Part shown: piece by piece, positions 44,048-53,342 of the stretch
How positions within the stretch are numbered: position 1 is the first letter of the stretch
Layout of the letters: each line of letters starts with the position of its first letter
DNA from: an uncultured bacterium
Lineage (GTDB): Bacteria > Cloacimonadota > Cloacimonadia > Cloacimonadales > Cloacimonadaceae
Assembly (NCBI GenBank): GCA_937960795.1
Contig: CALGPA010000002.1
Location: forward strand, 25,458-89,457
DNA: 64,000 nt
Reading direction: 5' to 3'
Program-made: the position numbers and the translations under genes
Notes under the pieces: model-generated
The model's database searches: none
Told to the model about the DNA's origin: nothing
Seen by the model: the letters and a program-made list of their open reading frames with translations, nothing else

Positions 44048-44748
44048 CGAAATACCTAGTTATGACGGGAGCCGGAATCAGTGCAGAATCCGGCATCCGC
44101 ACTTTTAGAGACACCGGTGGTCTCTGGGAAGAACACAGCGTCGAGCAGGTGGCAAGCCCAGAAGGCTTTGCCGCAAACCCTAAGCTTGTTTGGGACTTTT
44201 ATAAAAAGCGATATGAACACAGCTTGGAATCAGAGCCCAATCCCGCGCACATTGCCTTAAAAAAGATGGAAGATTCCTTAGGAGATAGGTTTAATCTGAT
44301 CACCCAGAATGTCGATGGCATCCACCGCAAGGCGGGGAACAAGCGTCTTTTGGAGATGCATGGCAGCTTGGACAGATGCTATTGCACTTCCTGCCGCAGC
44401 TACTATCGGATGGAGGATATCGAGCTCAATGTCGATCTGCCAAAATGCACTTTTTGCAAAGCAGTGCTAAGACCGGACATTGTCTGGTTTGGCGAAGTGC
44501 CTTATTATCTCTATGAGATAGAAGAGATGCTGAAGAATTGTGATGTGTTCATGATCGTCGGAACCAGCGGTACTGTATACCCCGCAGCGGGTTTTGTGAT
44601 GACAGCAAGGCTCTTTGGAGCCAGAACAGTTGCGATCAACCTAGAGCATCCGGACAACCTGAGCTTCATCGATGAATTTCATCAAGGTAGAGCAGGTGAG
44701 ATCCTTCCTTCTTTGATAGACAAGATCTTAGGAGAACAAAATGGATGA
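44044..44748 (+). CDS. cobB: NAD-dependent protein deacylase (sirtuin, CobB type)
   Basis: 234 aa with GAGISAESGIRTFR, QNVDGIH and a Zn ribbon CTSC...CTFC. Its ATG overlaps the protease stop (ATGA). Confidence 0.9.
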   Translation: MTKYLVMTGAGISAESGIRTFRDTGGLWEEHSVEQVASPEGFAANPKLVWDFYKKRYEHSLESEPNPAHIALKKMEDSLGDRFNLITQNVDGIHRKAGNKRLLEMHGSLDRCYCTSCRSYYRMEDIELNVDLPKCTFCKAVLRPDIVWFGEVPYYLYEIEEMLKNCDVFMIVGTSGTVYPAAGFVMTARLFGARTVAINLEHPDNLSFIDEFHQGRAGEILPSLIDKILGEQNG

Positions 44749-47542
44749 GTTATTTTTTGGTCCCGACTTCCTCAGTGAAGAAGATGCCGCCCCGAAGCTG
44801 AGCCTCAAAGAGGGAGAACTGCGCGAAGTATCCGTGCTCTTTGCTGATATAAAGGGCTTTACCAAGATCTCGAATCTTTTCGAACCGGAAGTAATCCATG
44901 GCAAGATGGATGAGATCATGAAGATCTTTAGCAGATGCATCAATTTCTACGGCGGCTTTGTAGACAAATACATCGGCGATGGCATCATGGCTCTCTTCGG
45001 AGCCAAACAAGCCACCGAACAAGATACACAAAGAGCTATTTTGGCTGCCATTAAGATGCAAGAACAGCTCAGGCTTTACAACAAGCTGCTCAATCGTGAA
45101 CCCGGCTTTGAGTACTTGGAGCTAGGCTTGCGAATCGGGATCAATACAGGGCTGGTTTCGGTCGGAAAGGTTGGAGAATCTCGAGAAGGTGATTTCACAG
45201 TCTACGGCCCGCAGGTGAATCTTGCCAGTCGCATGGAGAGCAATGCTCCGGTCAATCGGATCATGCTTCCCGCATCCACCATGCATCTCGTTGAGAATGT
45301 ATTTGACTTTGAGAGTCAGGGTCCCGTCTTGGTCAAAGGCATGGAAGATCCCATCGATTGTTGGTTGGTATTAGGGCAGAAGACACAGCAAAGACAGAGC
45401 TTTAAAACGGCGTTTATCGGCAGAGAAAGTGAGATGGAATTGCTAGCGCAGAGCTTTCAACAATCACATCAGACACTGCAAATCCTTGGCCTCAAAGGTG
45501 ACGCCGGACTTGGCAAAAGCCGCTTAGTTCAAGAATTCTGTAGTCAAAATCCCAAAGCAATGGTATTGACGGGAACTTGCTCCTCAATCAGTCCCAGCCC
45601 TCTAAACCTCTTCGCGCAGATCTTCGAGAAGCATTTTGGAATCCGTCACAACGATCCCGCGCAAACCAGGAAGCTCGCTCTAGAGAAAGGCATTCATGAA
45701 CTTGCTAAGAGATCCGAGATGAATGCTGATGAAATCATCGACGCAGTTCCCATGATTGGCTTGATCATGGAAATTAAATACGATGATCCCCGCATCAAGC
45801 AGAAAGGGAAAGATCTTCTGGATCACCTTTTAAGAGCTGTTGATAGCGTGTTTATGGCGATCATATCCGCTTCCAAAGATGAGAATGACGGCATTATCCT
45901 GATCTTGGATGACATCCACCTTGTAGATGATGCCAGCGCCCAGGCTCTGGGCTTTCTCTTGGATCGCTTTGATGCTAAGGCGCTTGGGATCTTGATCATT
46001 GCTCTATATCGCTTGGATCACGAGATCTTAGATGCAATCACCGGACACAAGTCTTTCACCGAGATCGAGATCTTGCCATTTAGCCCAGAAAAGATAGACG
46101 AACTGGTCATGCTCTACACCAAAGACATGGATCTCTCTAAAGAGACTCTCAAACTGGTGCGGGAGCTTTCCAACGGCAACCCTTTTTTCCTCGAAGAATG
46201 GTGCAATTTTATCGCCAAGCTTCCTAAAACAGACATGGATGAATATCCGGTTCCGGGAAATCTCCATGCCCTGATCTTATCCCGGTTGGACAAATTGCCT
46301 GAAGATCTTAGGCTCTTGCTACACAAAGCTGCAGTGATCGGTCACGAATTCTTTGTAGAGATTCTACGTGAGGTAGAGCAAAGACTGGATGATCCCACAA
46401 ATCTCGAAACCACTCTGCATGATCTCGAAGAACACTCTCTGATCATGCGCATGCTGGGCTTTGACTTTTCCACATATTTCTTCAAACATGTAACCACTCG
46501 TGAGGTGGCATATCAGACCCTGCTTCAGCAAAATCGCAAACTCCTTCACCACTTAACCGCTGAATCCATAGAAACCCTTTTTGCCGATCGCTTGGATGAT
46601 TTTTGCTTTGTGCTTTCGGATCACTTTCTCAAGGCGGAGATGCCTCAGCGGGCTTTGCCTTATCTTCAGCAGTCAGTTGAGATGGCCATCAAGGTTTATG
46701 ACCATTCTTCAGCGCTGAGGCTGGGTAGAGAGCTTCTCAAACATCTGCAGGATGATGCCCAAAAAGCCGATTTGTATATCAAGTTGGCAGAGATTCTGTG
46801 GGTGATCGGAAGATGGGATGATGCTGCAGATTTTGTAGACCACGCCGAATCACTGAGTTCTGATGAATCTGAGCTCATCTGCGAAGTGCATCGCGCTCGT
46901 GGAGTAGCCGCTTTCTACATGGGAGATTTTGATAAAGCTCTTCGCGAGTTTCAAGCGGGCTACTCGCAAGCTAAGAGCATCAAGGATGATCTGAGCCTGT
47001 GCACAGCTCTGAACAATCTTGGCATCTGGCACCAACATCATCAGCTCTATGATCAAGCTATCGAATACCACAATGAGGGACTAGCTCTGTCTCAAAGACT
47101 CAATGAGGCGCAGAAACAAGCCAAGACTCACTCAAATCTAGGGCTGATCTATCTTGAGAAAGAAGAGCTTGAGAAGGCTTTGGAAGCATTTGGTCTCAGC
47201 CTCAAGATCAGTCGGGAGCAGCGCTTGATGCGAGACGAGTCGATCGCCCTAGGAAACCTCGGTTGGGCATATCTTATTGCCCAAAGATACGATGAAGCCT
47301 ACTCTTGGCTGGAAATGAAGCTGGAGCTTGCCACAAAGATGAATGACAAAATGGAGATGATCAAGGCATATGGGAATCTTGGTAACTTGGCTTTTGAAAC
47401 AGAAGACTATCCTAAAGCCTTAGAACTGTATGAGCAGAGCCTTCTTCTAAAAGAAAAGCTGGGAAACAAGCAGGAGATCGAAAACAGCAAAAAGATGATA
47501 GAGATTACCCAGAAGAAGATCTCCGAGATGGCAAACGGCTAG
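44741..47542 (+). CDS. class III nucleotidyl cyclase - STAND/AAA ATPase - TPR repeat protein
   Basis: 933 aa with cyclase motifs VLFADIKGFT and KYIGDGIMALFG, a P-loop GDAGLGKS, and more than 6 C-terminal TPR units. Its start overlaps the cobB stop by 8 nt. Confidence 0.85.
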   Translation: MDELFFGPDFLSEEDAAPKLSLKEGELREVSVLFADIKGFTKISNLFEPEVIHGKMDEIMKIFSRCINFYGGFVDKYIGDGIMALFGAKQATEQDTQRAILAAIKMQEQLRLYNKLLNREPGFEYLELGLRIGINTGLVSVGKVGESREGDFTVYGPQVNLASRMESNAPVNRIMLPASTMHLVENVFDFESQGPVLVKGMEDPIDCWLVLGQKTQQRQSFKTAFIGRESEMELLAQSFQQSHQTLQILGLKGDAGLGKSRLVQEFCSQNPKAMVLTGTCSSISPSPLNLFAQIFEKHFGIRHNDPAQTRKLALEKGIHELAKRSEMNADEIIDAVPMIGLIMEIKYDDPRIKQKGKDLLDHLLRAVDSVFMAIISASKDENDGIILILDDIHLVDDASAQALGFLLDRFDAKALGILIIALYRLDHEILDAITGHKSFTEIEILPFSPEKIDELVMLYTKDMDLSKETLKLVRELSNGNPFFLEEWCNFIAKLPKTDMDEYPVPGNLHALILSRLDKLPEDLRLLLHKAAVIGHEFFVEILREVEQRLDDPTNLETTLHDLEEHSLIMRMLGFDFSTYFFKHVTTREVAYQTLLQQNRKLLHHLTAESIETLFADRLDDFCFVLSDHFLKAEMPQRALPYLQQSVEMAIKVYDHSSALRLGRELLKHLQDDAQKADLYIKLAEILWVIGRWDDAADFVDHAESLSSDESELICEVHRARGVAAFYMGDFDKALREFQAGYSQAKSIKDDLSLCTALNNLGIWHQHHQLYDQAIEYHNEGLALSQRLNEAQKQAKTHSNLGLIYLEKEELEKALEAFGLSLKISREQRLMRDESIALGNLGWAYLIAQRYDEAYSWLEMKLELATKMNDKMEMIKAYGNLGNLAFETEDYPKALELYEQSLLLKEKLGNKQEIENSKKMIEITQKKISEMANG

Positions 47543-47544
47543 AG

Positions 47545-48423
47545 CTAGCTTTTCTGAAAAACGTTTGAAAGCACTATCAGAAGAAGCCCGACTATCGTGG
47601 CAGGGTGGATTGGCTCTTTTAGAATCGTGAATATAAACAGCATCGACACAAAAGGAGTCAGGAAGATCAAGTTTGAGATCTTGGCGGTGTTTTCTGTGAG
47701 CTGAAGCGCCTTTAGCCACAAAAGAAAGGTGAGCCCCATCTCAAAGATGCCGACCCAGACACTGCCCAAAAGGCCGTAGCTAAAAGCCGCGCTTTTTTCA
47801 AGGATGCTGACTTGAAAGGCAAAGACACTCATTGTAATCAGCATGAATCCCACAAGAAAGTTGTAAAAGAGCTTAACGGGATTTGGACGCTTGTCCTTCA
47901 TGCTCAGGATCCAATATGCGGCCCATATAAATGAGGACCCCAAAGCAAGGCCGGTGCCCAAGATGTCGTCAAACTGCATAGCCAGCAGCTGTCCCTTGCT
48001 GGAGATTATCACTACTCCAAAAAGGCTGACAGTGAGCGCCAGCAGATCCTTAAGCCTCAATCTCTCCCTTAAGAACAACACTGAAAACAAGGATAAGATG
48101 ATCGCCCAAGTATAGTTTAGAGCCTGAGCTTCTTGGGCACGAAGTCTGTCATATGCCACAAAAAGTACCAAGTAGTACAAAAAAGGATTCAGAAAGCCGG
48201 CGAAAAGCGATTGCCGTAAATTGCGCAGGAAATTGGCGAGGAAGCCGGGACCCGACATGAGGTTGTAGGTACCCAAAAATAGTGTGGCCACAAATGATGA
48301 AATCAAAAGCAAGCCCATTGGGCTGAGCTGATTCAGACTTACCTTGAAGGCGGTGGACACAGTGCTCCAGAATAGAATCGCCAATGCCGCGAAGAGATAG
48401 CTTTGCCTTTGATTTATAGTCAT
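47545..48423 (-). CDS. EamA/DMT family transporter
   Basis: I moved the start to ATG 48423 (MTINQRQSYLFAALAILFWS). It has 10 TMs in two EamA repeats. The ORF-track start at 48615 would overlap the upstream gene. Confidence 0.8.
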   Translation of the reverse strand: MTINQRQSYLFAALAILFWSTVSTAFKVSLNQLSPMGLLLISSFVATLFLGTYNLMSGPGFLANFLRNLRQSLFAGFLNPFLYYLVLFVAYDRLRAQEAQALNYTWAIILSLFSVLFLRERLRLKDLLALTVSLFGVVIISSKGQLLAMQFDDILGTGLALGSSFIWAAYWILSMKDKRPNPVKLFYNFLVGFMLITMSVFAFQVSILEKSAAFSYGLLGSVWVGIFEMGLTFLLWLKALQLTENTAKISNLIFLTPFVSMLFIFTILKEPIHPATIVGLLLIVLSNVFQKS

Positions 48424-48478
48424 CAAAACATAAAAAAGGGGTGGAGAACAATCCACCCCATAGTATTTTATGAAAGTA

Positions 48479-49576
48479 TTATTGGTTACGCATGGATTGA
48501 AGAATTCTGGAATAAGTATTCCGAAGAGCTTCATTCTCTGTCTGTGAAGCGCCCAAGATGATAAACTGCACGGCGTCTTCACTGCTGTTGTCCCATTGAT
48601 ACCATCTTTGAGCATAGGTGATCAGCTTGTCATAGTCTTCCATCTCATAGAGAATTCTGGCGATCTCGACAAAATCTGCGTCTATACTGCGTTGGTCTAT
48701 CAGACGCTCAAGATAGCTGACAGTGAGCTCATTATCACCCTGCATATAGGCGATATCTTTGGCATTTTGAAGGATATCGATATTTCCGGGATCCAGAGAC
48801 AACGCCTGCTCGGTCACCTCTAGAGCTTTCTCAAAATCTTCTATCTCATAGTACACATAGGAAAGATTCAGAAGGTTATCCAAGTTTGCGGGAGCGAGCT
48901 CACGAGCTTTTGCAAAATATGTGGCTGCTTCTTCAAAATCGTCTTGGTTAAAATAAAACGCGCCGGTCTCTAAGATATAATCCAAGTTGTCAGGATCTTG
49001 CTCCAAAAGAGCAAGCAGAATCTCTTCGGCTTTTTCATTATCTTCCAGCTCTTTTTGGTAGATGTCTTTCAGGCGGATCATCGGCTCATATCTTTCAGGT
49101 TGAAGATCGTGAGCAAGCTCAAAGATCTCAAGAGCTTCTTGGGTATCTCCAGCTTCCAAAGCAGCATCACCGGCACGATAAATGCGAGTCCATGCGCCTT
49201 CACGACGACGTGTCATATCCCTGATATCTAGTCTTTCGTCAGCAGTCAGGTTTTCAAAAGTAGCATACACATCCAAGGCTTGGGTATAGAGATTGAATGC
49301 TTCAGAATTGAACTCGACAGAACGAGCCGGCATCTGTTCCGCTTTGTAAAGATTGATGTCTGCCATGCGACGAAGTGACAAGGCATGATCAGGATGCTCT
49401 TCCAGTACCAAAAGATAAAAATCTTCGGCTCTCTCAACATTTTGCTGAGCATAATAAACGCCGGCTGTCTTTGCATTTACATTGGCTTGGGGGCTAAGTC
49501 TCTGTCTAGGTCTGAATGCGCTACAGGCTCCCAATCCAAAAGCTAGGGCTACTATCAAGATAATGAGTTTTCTCAT
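48479..49576 (-). CDS. TPR-repeat lipoprotein
   Basis: I moved the start to ATG 49576 (MRKLIILIVALAFGLGAC lipobox). There are multiple TPR units along its length. Confidence 0.7.
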   Translation of the reverse strand: MRKLIILIVALAFGLGACSAFRPRQRLSPQANVNAKTAGVYYAQQNVERAEDFYLLVLEEHPDHALSLRRMADINLYKAEQMPARSVEFNSEAFNLYTQALDVYATFENLTADERLDIRDMTRRREGAWTRIYRAGDAALEAGDTQEALEIFELAHDLQPERYEPMIRLKDIYQKELEDNEKAEEILLALLEQDPDNLDYILETGAFYFNQDDFEEAATYFAKARELAPANLDNLLNLSYVYYEIEDFEKALEVTEQALSLDPGNIDILQNAKDIAYMQGDNELTVSYLERLIDQRSIDADFVEIARILYEMEDYDKLITYAQRWYQWDNSSEDAVQFIILGASQTENEALRNTYSRILQSMRNQ

Positions 49577-49783
49577 ATGTGTACTCCTGTTAATATTCTT
49601 CTTTAACAAGGATTATTTCCTTATGATAAAAGTCAAGCCATTTTTTCTGCAGTTTGATGAAGATTGACTCTCCCTCAGATTCTTGGTTGAGCCCTATGTT
49701 CCCGCGGAAAAGCTAAGCAACTAGATCGGCTGCATAGATCCTCGACATCACAGCTAGTCTCAATATAGCCCAAATCCAGGCTC

Positions 49784-49913
49784 CTAAATGCTTGTAAAAT
49801 ATGGCGCGCTCATGCCCCTCTCACCGCTCGCTCACCGGTCGAGCGTGCAAGGGGTGAGAAGATAAGGACTTACGCGATTCGCCCAAAAAGTGTAAACCAA
49901 GCTCAAAAATTGC
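49784..49913 (+). repeat. intergenic repeat family A, copy 4 (full length)
   Basis: ctaaatgcttgtaaaatatggcgcgctcatgcccctCTCACCGCTCGCTCACCGGTCgagcgtgcaagGGGTGAGaagataaggacttacgcgattcgcccaaaaagtgtaaaccaagctcaaaaattgc. Confidence 0.9.
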
Positions 49914-50340
49914 AGTATAATTTGAGATCCGAGAGTAGTGAAGCTTTGTAACAGCTTATCTCGAGCAGCTTGCCCTGTAAAGTGGCTGACGGTTTTTTGT
50001 ATAGCGATCCTTCCCAAAGACCGGCAGATCTGCATGATCTGTTCCTTTGTGGTCAAACGCAAAAAGATGGGAGCTTAACATCGAGAAAACTATGAAAACA
50101 AAAATCATCCAATTTGCTGCGCGAGATAGAGGGTAAGCACGCTGTCCGGTGCCCATCGGCTCTATCAAGCGCAAGGCACAGTGAGACTCATGGCTGAGTT
50201 GCTGATCCAACGAAGCTTAGGCAAAGCCGGATCTGTATCCTGCAAGAATAATTTTGTGCTTGACTGCAGAGGGGGTCTTCTAAAAGATGATCACAAATAA
50301 ACCTTTAATCAAAGCCAGTGAGCTTGAAAGGAGAAAGATT

Positions 50341-51273
50341 ATGATACCTCAATTCTTAGGACGCAACGTCTACGACCTTGATGATTATTCGCGGGAAGAA
50401 ATTCTGTACATCCTCGAAGCAGCAAAAGGAATGAAAGAAATCAACCTTCGTGAATACAAGAAGATACCCACTCTTCGTGGCAAGACAATCTGCACACTTT
50501 TTGTGGAAAATAGTACTCGCACCAGAATGAGCTTCGAACTGGCGGCAAATCGTCTTTCAGCAGACGTGGTGAGCTTTCAGGCAAGTGTATCTGCCCTTCA
50601 AAAGGGAGAAAGCCTGCAGGATACGGTATACACGCTCAATGCCATGGGGATTGATCTATATTGCATTCGCCACAGCTCTCCCGGAAGTCCCCAATTGGTA
50701 AACAAATATTCTGGTAAGCCTGTGATTAATGGTGGAGACGGGCGTCATGCTCATCCGACCCAAGCGCTTCTGGATATATATTCCATATGGGAGAAAAAGG
50801 GGAGCTTGAAAGATCTCAAGGTCACCATTGTGGGAGATATCCTAAACAGCCGTGTCGTGCGTTCCAATCTGATTGGGATGTCCAAGCTCGGTGCCAAGGT
50901 GACAGTATGCGGTCCCAAGACTCTAATGCCCGGGAATATGGAAAGCGTCTATGGTTGCAGGGTCGAATATGATCTCGGTAAAGCTCTGGACAAAGCTGAT
51001 GTCGTGATGGGCTTGCGTATGCAGCTCGAGCGCATGAGTGAAGGCCTTTTCCCGAGTTTAGAAGAATATAGCAAACACTATGTGCTCTCAAATGAGACAC
51101 TTAAATATGCCAAGCCCAATGCTTTGATCATGCATCCGGGGCCCATGAACCGTGGTGTGGAGATTCTGCCGGAAATCGCAGATAGCAAAGACAGCGTGAT
51201 TGTGGAGCAGGTGGCAAATGGGGTCGCCATTCGCATGGCACTCATGTTCTTAATCTTGGGTGGGAAAGCATAA
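50341..51273 (+). CDS. pyrB: aspartate carbamoyltransferase catalytic subunit
   Basis: I moved the start to ATG 50341 (AGGAG RBS). Motifs STRTRMSFE, HPTQALLD and HPGP are present. Confidence 0.95.
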   Translation: MIPQFLGRNVYDLDDYSREEILYILEAAKGMKEINLREYKKIPTLRGKTICTLFVENSTRTRMSFELAANRLSADVVSFQASVSALQKGESLQDTVYTLNAMGIDLYCIRHSSPGSPQLVNKYSGKPVINGGDGRHAHPTQALLDIYSIWEKKGSLKDLKVTIVGDILNSRVVRSNLIGMSKLGAKVTVCGPKTLMPGNMESVYGCRVEYDLGKALDKADVVMGLRMQLERMSEGLFPSLEEYSKHYVLSNETLKYAKPNALIMHPGPMNRGVEILPEIADSKDSVIVEQVANGVAIRMALMFLILGGKA

Positions 51274-51281
51274 AGGAGTAT

Positions 51282-52556
51282 ATGATGAAGACTATAATAA
51301 AGAATGCACAAGTATACTTGGATGGCGAGCTCTTACAGAAAGATCTGCTTATCGACAGAAAAAAAATATGCAAGATCGAAGACAAAATTGACGTCAAAGC
51401 TGACAAGGTAATCAATGCCAAAGGCTCAATAGTTTTTCCGGGATTCATTGATATCCATTGTCACTTAAGAGATCCCGGGCATACATATAAGGAAGATATT
51501 CCGACCGGGATGAAAAGCGCTGCCAAAGGTGGCTTTACATCCATCTGTGCGATGCCGAATACGGATCCTGTGACAGACAATATCGCTTCTGTGGAATACA
51601 TTCAATTGCGCGCTAAGGAACATGGCTATGCCAGGGTCTATGTCATCGGCGCACTCACCAAACAAAGCAAGGGCGAAGAGATCAGTGAAATGGCGACCAT
51701 GAAATCCGGCGGGATCGTTGCTGTAAGTGACGATGGCAAATGCGTGCAAAATGCACGATTGATGCTTTCCTGTCTGCGCTATGCCTCAAATTTCGACATC
51801 CCCGTGATCGTTCATCCTGAGGATTATGCGCTTGCCGGCAAAGGACAGATCACCGGCGGGAAAGTAGCCACTCAGACAGGTCTTTCCGGCATTCCCGGTT
51901 TGGCCGAAGAAGTGATGATAGCGCGTGACATCATGCTTGCGGAAAGTGCCGGAGCAAGACTGCACATTGCGCATATCTCCACAGCCAAATCATTGGACTT
52001 GGTGCGTCAAGCGAAAGAGCGCGGTTTGCCCGTGACCTGCGAAGTGACTCCACATCACCTTGTGCTCAATGAAGAGGCATGCCTTACATTTGATACAAAC
52101 ACAAAGATGAAACCACCGCTCAGAAGCGAGAAAGACCGCCTGGCTTGCGTGCAAGCACTGAGGGATGGGCTCATAGATTGCATTGCAACAGATCATGCGC
52201 CACATGCGGATTTTGAGAAAGAGCGTGAGTTTGATCATGCGCCATTTGGGATTATTGGCTTTGAGACCGCGTTCCCTGTACTCTATGACAGGCTGGTCAA
52301 GCCCGGTGCCATCAGTTTGTCAGACCTGGTTGACAATCTCACCCAAAAGCCGGCATCGATCCTAGATCTTCCCGGTGGCAGCATCAAGATAGGCGCAAAA
52401 GCGGATCTTACCATCATCAATCTCGATGAAAGTTCCACATTTACCAAAGAATACATTGCGTCCAAAAGCAAAAACACTCCGTGGTTGGATAAGACCATGA
52501 GCTCCAAAGTGAAATACACTATCAAAAGCGGAATGATAACCTATCAGGAAGATTAG
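51282..52556 (+). CDS. pyrC: dihydroorotase
   Basis: 424 aa with DIHCHLRDPG (HxH), and the DHAPH motif in ATDHAPHA. Confidence 0.9.
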   Translation: MMKTIIKNAQVYLDGELLQKDLLIDRKKICKIEDKIDVKADKVINAKGSIVFPGFIDIHCHLRDPGHTYKEDIPTGMKSAAKGGFTSICAMPNTDPVTDNIASVEYIQLRAKEHGYARVYVIGALTKQSKGEEISEMATMKSGGIVAVSDDGKCVQNARLMLSCLRYASNFDIPVIVHPEDYALAGKGQITGGKVATQTGLSGIPGLAEEVMIARDIMLAESAGARLHIAHISTAKSLDLVRQAKERGLPVTCEVTPHHLVLNEEACLTFDTNTKMKPPLRSEKDRLACVQALRDGLIDCIATDHAPHADFEKEREFDHAPFGIIGFETAFPVLYDRLVKPGAISLSDLVDNLTQKPASILDLPGGSIKIGAKADLTIINLDESSTFTKEYIASKSKNTPWLDKTMSSKVKYTIKSGMITYQED

Positions 52557-53342
52557 ATGAACAATCCCCAATATCGACAACGTGCCATCCAATATCGGGA
52601 AGAACTTTCCGATGATTATTTCATCCTATGGATATGGGATGAGGCATTGGGTGCAGCCGGAAGACCCGGGCAGTTTTATGAGATCCGGGCTTTGGCCAGC
52701 CTAAAGAATGCCGACAATGTGAACAAGATTCCCAAGCTGTTTAAGCCCGTCAGCATATACGACAATCAAGGTGGGCGCATCGGATTTATGATCAAAAGAG
52801 TGGGGGAGGGCACAAACGCCCTCTCCAAGCTCAGAACCGGTGATATGCTGGAGCTGATCGGTCCGGCAGGGAACGGATTTCCAATCTACCGCGGAAAGCG
52901 TATTCTCTTGCTGAGCGGAGGAATCGGCTATCCACCCTTGTGGTATTTGCAGAAAGAGCTCATCAATCACAACCAAGTATATTGGATGCATGGTGGGGCT
53001 CGGCAGGGGGATGTCTTTCCATGTGATGAGATCTGGACAGAGGATGGCTCAATCGGTAAAACCGGTCGAGTCTGCGATGGAGTAGCTGAGATCATTCAAA
53101 AAAGTGAGATTGATATCGTCTACAGCTGTGGTCCGCTGCCCATGCTGAGTGCGGCTAGCAAGATTATCTCGGACTTGGGGGTCGAGCACTATACATCGCT
53201 TGAAGCCTATATGGCATGCGGAATCGGTGTATGCCACGGTTGTGCCGTTCCGATCGGGACAAAGGATAATTGGGATTATCTTCGTGTGTGTAAAGAAGGT
53301 CCGGTCTTTAGAGCTGAGGAGGTGAGATGGGAGCTGTTTTGA
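52557..53342 (+). CDS. pyrK: dihydroorotate dehydrogenase electron-transfer subunit
   Basis: 261 aa with an FNR-like fold and a C-terminal 2Fe-2S motif CGIGVCHGCAV. Confidence 0.85.
   Translation: MNNPQYRQRAIQYREELSDDYFILWIWDEALGAAGRPGQFYEIRALASLKNADNVNKIPKLFKPVSIYDNQGGRIGFMIKRVGEGTNALSKLRTGDMLELIGPAGNGFPIYRGKRILLLSGGIGYPPLWYLQKELINHNQVYWMHGGARQGDVFPCDEIWTEDGSIGKTGRVCDGVAEIIQKSEIDIVYSCGPLPMLSAASKIISDLGVEHYTSLEAYMACGIGVCHGCAVPIGTKDNWDYLRVCKEGPVFRAEEVRWELF

Noticed and set aside
44044-44748. Sirtuin as a Thoeris/DSR-type SIR2 defence effector
   Set aside because: At 234 aa it has the complete canonical CobB motifs and a Zn ribbon, with no extra sensor or effector domain. On its own it looks housekeeping. 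Only the gene coupling is reported as a finding.
47545-48615. N-terminally extended ORF-track models (47545..48615, 48479..49609, 32970..33776, 25585..26610, 40397..44047, 59110..60396, 2700..3878, 15501..16229, 50287..51273)
   Set aside because: The extensions overlap upstream genes, terminators or intergenic promoters and lack an RBS. Internal ATGs with AGGAG-like RBS and proper signal peptides or N-termini were used instead.
49832-50210. 76-aa and 84-aa minus-strand ORFs in the 680-bp region upstream of pyrB
   Set aside because: They overlap each other and the family A repeat. They have no RBS and odd composition. I treat the region as non-coding.
50266-50278. PyrR-binding-loop-like GCAGAGGGGGUCU upstream of pyrB
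   Set aside because: Only the CAGAG core matches the UCCAGAGAGGCU consensus. I could find no anti-terminator/terminator pair, and no pyrR gene is in the window.
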